Of a stretch of 64,000 nt of DNA, positions 39,607 through 50,419 are shown piece after piece (the stretch's first letter is position 1; each line of letters begins with the position of its first letter). Under the pieces are notes generated by a model, which saw only the letters and a list, made by a program, of their open reading frames with translations, searched no databases and had not been told where the DNA came from. The position numbers were made by a program, and so were the translations under genes. The stretch is from Bilabrum cf. latius (taxonomy: Eukaryota): NCBI GenBank assembly GCA_965178125.1, contig OZ237757.1, forward strand, positions 868,001-932,000, in the 5' to 3' direction.

Positions 39607-39679
39607 CCGCGACAGCAGGATTCGAACCTGCGTCTGATGGAGTTAGAGTCCACTGTGCTAACCACTACACTATGTCGCG
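39607..39679 (-). tRNA. tRNA with anticodon CUA (reads UAG); probable tRNA-Gln(CUA)
   Basis: Minus strand reads CGCGACA TA GTGT AGTGGTTA GCAC A GTGGA CT-CTA-AC TCCAT CAGAC GCAGG TTCGAAT CCTGC TGTCGCG G. It has a perfect 7-bp acceptor stem, D arm with GG, 5-bp anticodon stem, U33, TTCGAAT loop and intact A/B boxes. Anticodon at 39644-39646. Confidence 0.95.
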
Positions 39680-39900
39680 ATCATCCTTCAAGGCGGATCC
39701 ATCATATACAAACATTTCAATGTCCTACTTAAATACATTGACTGGAAATTCTTATTGAATCCACTGTCTTCCTCTCACCACGATCTACTGCTGATAGGTC
39801 TGTCAGCAGTGGTCGTAATGCGTTTGATTTGTGCTTTGTGTACGAAACGCATGGCAGTCTTTGGACTTGAAAAAAAATGTTGGTGCCAAATCAATAGCAT

Positions 39901-40295
39901 TCAGCCCTCGTAAGAAGGAAAGCAGTCGGCAAACGTCTTTTTGCTATGCTTCGAATCTACATGTGCCTGCAACTGATCCTTGCGCTGGGTAACGCTGAAC
40001 GCCTGCCTGCATATCTGGCAAGTCTGGCCGGTCATTCCCGCTCGCTTCGCGATTCCTCCTGCTCCCCCGCCTGCGAGGGAAAAAGTAGCAGATTATCCAA
40101 CGGAAACCAATTCTTGTACATCGCAACGAGATATTACTGTTAGTAGTGCGGCATCTATGCTGCGGCCGGGACGAACAAAGCCTAAGCTGGGTCCCGTGCG
40201 GAGCCGGCATTGCGCCGAGGCTGATCTACAAGACTACAAACCTCACCTCCAGCTTTCTTTGCGCCCATTCGTCGTGCCTTATCCTCACGGGCCTT
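39901..40295 (-). CDS. Small C2H2 zinc-finger protein (ZNF706/4F5-like); 5' exon(s) not resolved
   Basis: Exons 40247-40295 and 39901-40070 give KAREDKARRMGAKKAGGGGAGGIAKRAGMTGQTCQICRQAF...LQAHVDSKHSKKTFADCFP. TGA stop. Confidence 0.75.
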
Positions 40296-40805
40296 CTGCG
40301 GGACGAAATAATCGCGGTCAGGCTGAGTTACTCGATAGCAAGTGCTTGCGCGTTTGTGGCCTACAACACCCGCATGCCCCTCTCGTCAGAAATACAGACC
40401 GAAATGACCAACAAAGCCCATACAAGAGGAATCAAACCACATACGTTACATTGGTTTCATATCGGGCAAAGATAACCTTGTGCTGGTCAGCTGAGTGGTG
40501 CCCATGCGATCGCAACGACACGCGTAGCAGGGCGCTGGCAAGCGGCGCATCGGCACAAAAGGCTGGCATCATGAACTCCTCCATCTTACCTTGTTTTTAG
40601 CGGCATTAGATCCCTTTCCCATTATGAAGCTCTGGCACGGAATCTGGCGTGCTGTTCTCGCAGGGACTAGAGCAGGGATTGGAGCGGCGCCGCGCACTGC
40701 CACAGCCTGAAGCCATGATGAGATCACCAGCCAGGTCCTGATCCCCGCCGCAACCGAGAAGAATCATGAGAATCAAACGAGCGCAGGTTGGTACACTGTA
40801 TTCTG

Positions 40806-41965
40806 TCAATCGCCGCCAGCTTCACCCGCACCCCCCTTCGCTGCACTGCCCTCCCCACCCACGCCTCCTGCTTCCTCCTCACCGTGTTCCCTGAACCACG
40901 CAAGCACGTCCTCGTACTTTAGCGGGCCCCCAAACACATCCAGCGCACTTCCGATGGCCAGGTCCACCCGCCCCCTCCCCTCCCTCCGCACCACCTCGCA
41001 GTCCTCAAGGGACCGCACACCCCCCGCATAGGTGACCGGCACCGCGCACGCCTCCCCGAGCAGCCGCACTAGGCCCAGGTCCACCCCCGCCTGCTTGCCC
41101 TCCACGTCCACCCCGTGCACCAGCAGCTCGGCGCAGTGTTCCCCAAGCCGCTTCAGCAGGCCGGTGTCCACCACCTCGTCGGTCCACTTCTGCCAGCGGT
41201 CCGTGACCACCACCAGCTCCGTGCCCGCCTCCACTGCATCCCCCGCCGCCACCTCGTCGCCCGCTGCCCCGACCACTTCGTCCACTTCCACCGCCGCACC
41301 CTCGCTGCTCCTCCTCTTTCTCTTCCTCCTCCTGCACGACACGTCCAGCACCAGCCTCTCCCGCCCCACCGCTGCCTCCAGGGCACCAAGACGGTCCCAG
41401 TCGATGCGCCCCCCAGAAAATACGTAGCTCGTGACGATCACATGACTGGCACCCGCGTCCAAATATTCCTTTGCGTTGGCAGGAGTGACGCCTCCGCCCA
41501 GCTGCAGGCCGCCCGGATACGCCTTGAGAGCAGCAAGGGCAGCTTCCTCGTTCCCGGGGCCGAGTTTGATGACATGACCACCAGTCAGACCATCGCGCTG
41601 ATATAACCTGCGACAAAAATCCAATGTGAATTGCGCTGTGTGCCATCTCTCTGTCAATGGATCCGAGCAACGCGGAAATCTACCGAATCATGGTCGCTAC
41701 AGCAAGGATAACGGATGGATTTCACGTCGTCAGAACATTGACATGGAGCTATTGTCCAATTTATGCCACACATACGATAAACTCACTTCGCAAAAAAGTC
41801 GCTCGGCTGATCAGCTTCGAAGTTCGTCACAGCCTCGCCAGCAGACGACGTGTCACCGGATGCTGACCGCTCCTCTGGCTTCGATGTCGTTGCATCGCGC
41901 AGCGTCGATCCCACAATTTGCTTTACCTTACCGGCATGCAGATCGATGCAAGGGCGGAACCGCAT
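40806..41965 (-). CDS. HIS6: Phosphoribosylformimino-5-aminoimidazole carboxamide ribotide isomerase (eukaryotic HisA)
   Basis: Motifs [60 protein letters not shown] and GSALDVFGG. Intron 41608-41786, TGA stop. Confidence 0.95.
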
Positions 41966-42084
41966 TTCTTGGATTCCTCTCCTGCTCGGCGTTCGTCATA
42001 TCAAGGAACCTTCATGAAGCACTCCACGAACCGCTCGAGCGAGAATCCAAGCATTTCAGCTGGCAGCTAATACGTTTCGTGCCG

Positions 42085-42829
42085 ATGTCAGAACGAGGAA
42101 GGCCTAGAGAGCTCCCACCACCGATGGATGGTGCTATTTCGCTTGTCGAGCAGTTGGACTGTGAGATGCTCGCAATTCAGGGCGAGCCCGGTTGGTATGC
42201 GCGGGCGTTGAAATGCAGTCACATAATTGGTATTGAGCCAGCCTTGGTATCAGTCTCCATCACCTGTTGAGTTCTGACATGGTTGCCCTTCGCCACCGCA
42301 GAGCAAGTTCTGGTGATCCTGCGCGACGGCAAGCAAATCCGAGGGACGCTACGGACCTTCGACCAGTTCTGTGAGTTGAGTTTGAGGCGGTGTAGCGATA
42401 ATGAAGCTTTATGTTCAGACAGGTTGTCTTAGAATCGCCAAGTGTATCCGTCCCCGCGGGCAATCGACCACGACCATGTTCCCGATGAGTTCCAACTGCT
42501 GCTGCGCAGCCAACGTCGCTCTCGAGGGCGCCATCCTCCGCACGATGCGAGGCAAGTACTACTCTGACACGTCTCTGGGCTTGTACATGGTGCGCGGCGA
42601 CCAGGTGCAGGTTGTGGCGGAAGTGGACCCCGCCGTGGAGGAGTCGCTGCTGGGCGCCATGCGCAAGGTCAAACCGGAACAAGTGGAGGAGCTGGCCCAG
42701 AAGGACCTCGCCCAGGAGGAGGCTGCAGCGGCAGGTGCTGATGAGGGAGAGGGTGGAGGTGCTGCGGCTGCTGCCCTGCCAGTGCCCCAAGCCGCACCCG
42801 GCTAGGCGTGGGCCATAGGGCTGGACTGA
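42085..42829 (+). CDS. LSM1: Sm-like protein LSm1
   Basis: SLVEQLD*QVLVILRDGKQIRGTLRTFDQFSNVAL...GLYMVRGDQV. Exons 42085-42160, 42302-42370 and 42510-42829. One TAG is split by intron 1 and another lies at 42803. TGA stop. Confidence 0.85.
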
Positions 42830-43650
42830 TGCAACTTGAAGGGGCTTGCGAGCGAAACCCCGCGTCATACCAGATGCCCGCCTAATTGGTTCAAATTGCG
42901 CGCAGCAGGATGAATCTGCTTTGGCACCAGAAGAGAAGAGGGGGAGGGGGAGGGGGCCGGCAGCAAGGGCTGCACACGCCTGTGTAGGTAGGTGGCAGAG
43001 GTTACCAGCGCCCGACCGACCGACCAACCGACCGAGCCACTGGACCAGGGGGTTCGATTCCACGAGGGGATGGGCTGCACTGTTGCTGGCTTCCAGTTTC
43101 CACGACGACGTCAGGCTGCTTGGCACTCTCCCTGTGTCAGCTGCCAAGTGCCCCCTGCCAGTGGAGTGGAGGAGCACGCGTGCACATCGGTGCGCTGCCG
43201 GGCGCAGCTGGCGGTCGCACAAGCTTCCATGTAGGTCCTTTTGGTCAAGACCTGCGAGACTAAGCTGAGCTGCAAGCTACAACTTGCTGCAAAGCGCTGA
43301 ACTTTGCTTGATTGAGGAACCTTCATCTGCCCTGGCCAGTGGCCACCGTGCAACCATGGGATGGAGAAGCATAGAAGAGCAGTGTCGTGCACGATGCTAC
43401 ACCAATTTAAACCGACTAGTTATATCTTGTTCATGTCAACGGTAAGCTAAGCGTTCGAGTGATTCATTGAAGGCTTTGCGTATATGCCCCTCAACTTCCG
43501 CTGGTGAGCGCTGGCAAAATCCGATCGTGCTGCGCGCAGGCTGTTCTGGGTATCGCATGCACGGCCAACTCGCTTCAAATTCAGTTCAGTAAATCTGGCT
43601 CATCGATAGTTAGAGAAGGTAAAGTGGTGACAAACAAAGTATTTGCTGCA

Positions 43651-46218
43651 ATGGAACGAAGGATGTCGTCGGGCGATAGGATCCATCTATCCCTTCCTGA
43701 AGCGGGCGGGAAGGCTTTTCACGAAGTCGTACAAATAATCGCCTAGGGCAAGACGTAGGCGTATCCTTTGTTCGTGACGGGGGGCGCTGATGTGCGAGCC
43801 GCAGTTTGCGAAGGCTTGGGCAGGGCTATCGGATCTAGCCGTAACATATCGAAACTCGAAATCGCACTCGCGACGAGAGTTGGTCAAAAAAACGACCAAT
43901 ATTCGTGCTTCGTTGCTATAGCTCGAGCAGTGAAGGCCAGTCGAAGTATTACCACGCTGGCTGTGATCGGCGGTGGCATTCCCGACACGTGGATCAAGGA
44001 GTGGGCCGATGCCATCGACGGGCATCCCACGCTGCTAGAATTCTACTTCAACGAGCAGAAGATCTCTACAGTAGGCGCCAAGCAACTTCTGCGCGCCGCC
44101 CTCCGCAGCCCCAACCTGATCCACCTGAGCCTGGCACGCAACCGTCTGGGCGACACTGGGGGCGCTGGTCTCGCCGAGACCATGCGCCTCGCTACATGGC
44201 CAGGAGGGGCTTCTGGCCCGCTGCATCACCTGGACCTGTATGGCACCGGCATAACGAACAATGGAGCAGATTCCCTAACACAAGCCCTCAAGAGCACAAG
44301 CTGCCAGCTCCCGCTGATGCACCTCTCCGGTCTAGAGCTCGATCACAAACGGACCGAGGCGATGAACACCGCGCTGCGACTGCAGTCCAGAAGGGCTAGA
44401 GCGGCCAGCGCGCTCCTACAGAAGGCTCCCACGGCGGGTCGCGCCCTCGCCCTGCTCCGACTGGAGGCGCCATTCTCCTCCTCGCGATCGTGGACCACAG
44501 GCGATGCGGCTTCATTCGTGGCACAGGCCCTGGAGAACGAGAGGGCGCAAAACAGGACAGAGGTGCTGCGGCGACTGGTCGATGCCATGCAGCGGAGGGG
44601 ACGGGTCGAGGAGAGAGCGAGGCGCGTGGGTGGGCGGGCGCTTCCGCAGCTTGGGCCCGGTCCCGTCGATCTTGCCAAGGCAGGCTCGGTGCAATCGAGC
44701 TGGCCCATCATGACGGAAGCGATGCGACAGACTGGTCATGCAACTGCTGACCTGGCAGAATCGTGCCGGGGTCTTTTAAGGCGAATCGCCCGGGCATTTA
44801 ATCATGTTGCCGACCCCGAGGACGACGACGAGGACGAGGACAAGCGTGGTACCGGACTAGCAATCAGCGAGAGATTATTGGGCGGGAGCAGCGCTCCGGG
44901 GCAGTGGAGTGAAGCAAGCGTAAAACTGGCGGTGCAGGTGATGCAGGGCAACGCCGGCATTCCAGCCTTCGACAAGATGGACCAGGACGAGCGCAAGCAG
45001 ATGCACAGTATGGCAAGGCTATATCTCCTGTCGGTGCTGCCGCAGGATGGGGCGGTCGAAGCGGCATCGCGAGCAGGATTGGCTTCCGATCACATATGTT
45101 CGGCGCGCCTAGCAGCGGACTGGCAGTGCTCTGCGCTCGAGCTGCAACTTCGCAACGCCTGGAACGAAGCGATGAAGTAGAAGCGCCAAGCAGAGGCCGA
45201 GGCGGAGAGGAAGAGACAGTAGGGAAAGAAGGCCGCGGCAGAGTAGAAGCGCCAAGCAGAGGCCGAGGCGGAGAGGAAGAGACAGTAGGGAAAGAAGGCC
45301 GCGGCAGAGTAGAAGCGCCAAGCAGAGGCCGAGGCGGAGAGGAAGAGACAGTAGGGAAAGAAGGCCGCGGCAGAGTAGAAGCGCCAAGCAGAGGCCGAGG
45401 CGGAGAGGAAGAGACAGTAGGGAAAGAAGGCCGCGGCAGAGTAGAAGCGCCAAGCAGAGGCCGAGGCGGAGAGGAAGAGACAGTAGGGAAAGAAGGCCGC
45501 GGCAGAGTAGAAGCGCCAAGCAGAGGCCGAGGCGGAGAGGAAGAGACAGTAGGGAAAGAAGGCCGCGGCAGAGTAGAAGCGCCAAGCAGAGGCCGAGGCG
45601 GAGAGGAAGAGACAGTAGGGAAAGAAGGCCGCGGCAGAGTAGAAGCGCCAAGCAGAGGCCACGGCTCTGTGGCCATAGGCAAGGATCTTAGATTCGGTTG
45701 TCAGCACGGCAGTCGCAGGGATAGCGGTGGTTGTGCTACTAGGAGGGGTGGCAGCATGTCCGTGTTGCTGGTGCGTGTGGCCTGTGCTGCTCTACCTCGG
45801 GTTGGTGGCAGGGGACAACGATGGCGATGGTGATGGTGATGGCGATGGCGATGGCGAGGACGATAGCGATGGCGATGACGATAGCGATGGCGACGACGAT
45901 GGCGACGATGGTCGCGACGACGGTAGAGGCAACGATGGTGATGATCGTACTAATGACAGTGGTGGCAAGGAGAAGAAGAAAAAGAAAAAGAAGGGTAGGA
46001 GCCGGAGGAGGGGTGGAGGGGAGGGGCCAATATCACCAACCAGTGGGCATGCATTCACTGCAGGCGAGTCGAGCTCCCCGCGCAATACCGTGGAGCCACC
46101 AGAAGTTCCCAGTCAGGACTTGGGCTCCCAGACTGATCAATTGGCTCACGATCCCACCTCCAACGAGTCGCTCCAGAGGCAGCACACCGGGGAGTCGGAC
46201 TGCGGGGACCCCACTTGA
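43651..46218 (+). CDS. RNI-like leucine-rich-repeat protein with a charged coiled-coil repeat stalk, a hydrophobic segment and an acidic tail (~855 aa)
   Basis: LRR-like units (LIHLSLARNRLGDTG, LHHLDLYGTGITNNG). One frame with 18 TAGs to TGA 46216-46218. Start uncertain. Confidence 0.65.
45178..45660 (+). repeat. Perfect 66-bp coding tandem repeat, 7 full copies plus 21 bp
   Basis: Unit TAGAAGCGCCAAGCAGAGGCCGAGGCGGAGAGGAAGAGACAGTAGGGAAAGAAGGCCGCGGCAGAG = (*KRQAEAEAERKRQ*GKKAAAE). Confidence 0.95.
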
Positions 46219-46491
46219 ATACCGGCGCGCTCACCTGCTACAGACAACGCCACGTATTCAAGAGGGCGAACGGGCGGGACAAATGCAGCTGCGTCCCTTC
46301 TTCAGCCATCATACTGTTAGATTTGTAGTCCGGCCCAAGCCCTCCTGGGCCAGCTGCAGCCTGATGAGCCTGATGAGGGCTCGGCAAGGAAACCCGGAAA
46401 AACGAACGAGCCAAAACCAACCAGGCGAAAAAAAAGCACCATCCTAAACGGGAAGCCAAATTTAGGGAGCGCCTAGTATTGTCCTTACTAG

Positions 46492-47004
46492 ATGCTGAGG
46501 CGCATTGCTAGCCATGCAAAACACGGCGCGCAGATAGGATATTTGCACTAGCTGAGGCAATTCGTTTCGGCTGCGAGGGACGAGCCCAAGCTAGTCCTGG
46601 TTGTTCGCTCCGACTTGAAAATGGGAAAAGGTAAAATTGCGTCACAGTGTGCCCATGCAGCTGTGAGCGCGTACAAAAATGTGTCTCTATTGCGCAAAGG
46701 AAGCTCAAGTCTATGCACTGGAAAGTTGCTCGGTAGTGATTCAAATGGCGGCGTGCACTCGGACTGGATGAAATGGATGAAGAGCTGGGAAAGAATTGGC
46801 CAGGCTAAGATAGTTGTCAAAGCACGGTCGGAAGACGAGCTACTGTAGGTGTGCCAAAAAGCGAGCGAGCTGCACTTGCCGATTGCGACAGTGCGCGATG
46901 CGGGCCGCACAGAGATTGAGGCAGGGACGCTGACGGTGGCAGCGCTTGGGCCGGCCCCCGGGTACAAGCTGGACAAGGTGACAGGCAACCTGCCGCTGCT
47001 CTGA
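46492..47004 (+). CDS. PTH2: Peptidyl-tRNA hydrolase 2
   Basis: KLVLVVRSDLKMGKGKIASQCAHAAV...GQAKIVVK...L*VCQKA...VRDAGRTEI..GTLTV...GP....LDKVTGNLPLL. TAG at 46549 and 46846. TGA stop. Confidence 0.93.
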
Positions 47005-47349
47005 ATGCCAAAAAGCAATGCAACGGTCATGTGGTTCGGTGCCCTAGACGACATGCCCCGGCGGTGAGTGCTCGAAAAGCATGGTGCATCGGCAGTACAC
47101 GGCGCACGTGTGGCTCGCAGCACCGCACATGTCCACCAGAGCCTCCAGAGCATAGCATGGATGGTGGGGGTCTTCCCATCGCACTACCTGAGTGCAGCCC
47201 AAGCCGTCCATCATCATCGAGACTAGTCGAGCTGGCAGACTCGGAGGGCACGGCGCGGACCGCTGGCTGGGGGTGTACGCTACACAGGATGTGTTTTGAG
47301 TTGGAACTCGCTGGGGGAGCCGACTCGGAAGGTGAAGAGCTGAGAAGGT

Positions 47350-47458
47350 AGTGGCAATAGCAAAGGAAGGACAGGTCAGTGGCAAGAGCAAAGGAAGGAC
47401 AGGTCAGTGGCAAGAGCAAAGGACGGACAGGTCAGTGGCAAGAGCAAAGGAAGGACAG
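47350..47458. repeat. 28-bp minisatellite (~3.9 copies of AGTGGCAAGAGCAAAGGAAGGACAGGTC), probably non-coding
   Basis: Read directly. The period is not a multiple of 3 and there are no spacers. Confidence 0.9.
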
Positions 47459-48202
47459 ATCCTCGCTCGGGGCGTGTGTGCCGGGGGGTGTGCGTTGCCC
47501 GGATAATGGCAAAGCCGTGATACTATATCTATGGAGAAGTAGTCACGACCACAGACTCGGAGGGATGTAGCAAGAGGCAGCCACGCACTTGCTGCACACC
47601 TCCTGGGCCACATCGCGGGTCGCTGAGAGGTGGACAGTGCCACTGGGCATAATACATGCAAGTGACGGGGGTGGCGGGCACTGACATGATGGCCATGGGC
47701 TACTAGTAGCAAGACAAGGCTATTCTATGAGGACCCATGCAGCTCACGACGTGCATTATATATCACCACTGGCATAGGTAGGATGGGCTCACTCACTGGC
47801 AGCTCCGGATGCCGGTGGACAAATGAGCCGCCGGCAATGCCCACCGCCGGCAAGGCACGCCGAGGCACGCCCGATTTGTCGCCGCCCTGCCAGTGCAGCC
47901 AGCATCGGACAAGATTCCTCCCTGGACTGCGGACGGCCTCTGCTCAGCACCGCCTGCTCTGTGGACTCGCACCTGCTGTGGCCTAAATTCCATTTGAGCA
48001 ATTGACGATGTGACTTGCTCGCTCCTACTTCTTCGAGTTGCTTCCGTCATTCACATGGAATGACAGAATTTTCTCACTGGCAGTGCAATCGTCAGCTGCC
48101 GGAAGCACCACGTCAAACGGCGGACCAACGGCAAACTACGAAGAATCATCAGTGGGGAGTATGGCAACTTCTGGCTAATCAACTAGATTCATCTTGTACG
48201 AT

Positions 48203-50197
48203 ATGTCTACCGCGGTTGCCCCATCCATCGAAGGTGCTGGCTCGGGATAGAACGCATTGCAAACAAGCAGTAGCATTGCCGGTCCCACTGCTGCTACGAA
48301 TGGCTCACATGATGTAGCAGTATCAGGAGCTTGGGACTGGGAGACTTTGTTGAGTCGTGCCCTGTTTGGTACCTCCTACATGACAACGAAGCGAGTGGAG
48401 CTGCACGATCCATACTTGCGTCTGCTGGCGTGGTGCTTGAGAGTTGCCGTCGTAGTATACGTTGTTCTTGTATAGATGCTTTTGAACCACGGCTATGCAT
48501 CGTTTCAGTCGGTATCTGGTTACGGGAACGTGTGGCAGGGCCGGACCAGCAAGGCGAACACGACGCTGTCTCACTGCAACAACCCAGCCCTCGACTGGGG
48601 TGCCGATCATCCTATTGGGATCAGATCCATCACATCTGGGGTGCGCAGCGTGAATGCAAGCTGCATCCCATTCCTGGACATGCTCCACGGAATCGCAGGA
48701 CCGGATTCCTACAAGGCGCTCACCTGGGAAGGCGACATGCAGCTCGTGGAGAGCCGACCGCAGGGGGAGAACACCGGGGACACGGAGAACCTCCCTGGTC
48801 CCAGACTAGAGCTCCCTGTCCTGCCAGAGCAGGATTACAGCGCCCCTCCCCTGCCACCGCTGGGCACACTCCAAGCCAAGCAAGCACGCCAGGCGCTCGC
48901 TCAGGCCGCCGAGCGAGCCGCGAGTGAAGCCGCGCAGCAGGGGATGGACGAGCGCAATGCCTCAATCCACGTGCAAACAGCGGTCATACAGGCGGCCAGG
49001 GAACAAGGGTCCCAGGGTCCCAGGGGATACCTGGCATCGGGGCCGGCCGCGCCCACCCGCATCTGGCTCGACGGGCACCAGAGCACGTACCGGTTTTACG
49101 ACAGACCCGAGCAGGCCGCCTTCAATCTGATTTATTCGGTCACTGCTCCCAACATCGAGGGCGCCATCACGAACCCGCACACTCGGCTCCTGGACGGCGA
49201 TGGCAACGCGGTACGGGAGTGGTCAGCGGGCAATCCACCCGTGGGTATCACCGTGGGGGAGCTGCTGGCCATGGCTGGGGTCAGTTCCCTGGACTCGCCC
49301 CACGAGCAAGGTTTCATATTCGAGGGGGGCAAGCAGCCGTCCTACCGCTCCACCGGGGTGGTGCTGGTTGCGACCGTTGGTTTCTCCAACCGCAGGCGAT
49401 GGGAGTGGCCCGTGCACGACCCCCGGATGGACATCTCCGTGAGGGTGCTGCAGGGGGCCTGGGGATTCCTGGGCACGCAGAGGAGGTATGTTCTCGTGGA
49501 TCCGGAGTCGGGGCTGGCGCTGCCCCCGCAGCCCGTGCTGGCGGGGCCCAGGGGGGCGGCCACGGCAGATCCCGGACTGGACCCTGGGGCTGCCAGTGGT
49601 GCGCAGGGGGGTATCCGTGTGACGAGCGCGATGAACACGACGCTGCCGGACAGCTCCGTGCTGCGGGCGCCCGCTGTTCCTGTGGACGTGCTGCGGACGG
49701 GCGTGGTGGTGCGCTTCGTATCGGAGGGGACGATGGGAATCCCCGATGCAGGGCAGGTGCTGCTTCGGCTGGTGGAGGCCATCGTGCTGTTCAACCTGGC
49801 GCAGACTCTGTGCGACGTGGTGGCGAGCTACCTGGGTCCGTATGCAGCGGTGTACCGGGCCCGGATGGTGGAGACGCACGAGCTGCATGCGGTGCGTCAG
49901 GCCAGGATCGAGCACGCCGAGACGGTGAGGAAGAGCTCGATGGGGTCCATGATGGGGGGCAGCAAGGGGAGGAAGAGGGAGACGGAGACGGAGGGGGGTT
50001 TTAAGGGCAAGGGGTAGGACCAGCAGGTGATGGGGAGTATAGAGTACGGTGTGAACGGGAAGGTGGAGAGCAGCTGCGCCAGCAGCAGCAGCAAGGCCGA
50101 GATGGACGAAGGCGGGCCCTGTGCCGGTGGCAAGGATGCCGCAGGTGGAAGAGTTGGCGGTGCGGGTCTGAGAGTCGGTGGAGCCGATGCAATCTGA
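48203..50197 (+). CDS. P2X receptor-like trimeric channel (~664 aa)
   Basis: N-terminal YxTxK (YMTTK), TM1 followed by NHGY, pre-TM2 RTGVVVRFVSEG, TM2 with conserved Asp (LAQTLCDVVASY). TAG at 48248, 48473 and 50015. TGA 50195-50197. Confidence 0.75.
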
Positions 50198-50419
50198 CAG
50201 TACGCGTGTATCATTGTATATCCCTGAAGAGGCGCTGCAGACTTGTTCGCCACGACGCACTGGCGCGAGTACTGCCACCGCCGATAGGACGGTCTTCGCC
50301 GCGAATACTCGAACCTTCGCGCAACGGCGCTCATCACCATCTTGCAGGCGAATTCAAAAGAAACGCGCACGGAAAGGTTCCTTTTATGCTCGCAGGAGAC
50401 ACGCATTTGACTCATTGAC

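Noticed and set aside
39607-39679. tRNA-Pyl (pyrrolysine), which also has a CUA anticodon
   Set aside because: This tRNA has a canonical D-loop GG, a TTC loop, a 5-bp anticodon stem and a 5-nt variable loop, unlike tRNA-Pyl. The context is eukaryotic and no pyl genes are seen.
42985-43070. Second tRNA or SINE suggested by the B-box-like GGTTCGATTCC at 43051-43061
   Set aside because: I could not form an acceptor, D or anticodon stem around it.
45178-45660. CRISPR array
   Set aside because: The units are identical and head-to-tail with no spacers, they are in frame within a CDS, and no cas genes are present.
47350-47458. CRISPR-like 28-bp repeats
   Set aside because: The repeats are contiguous with no spacers; this is a minisatellite.
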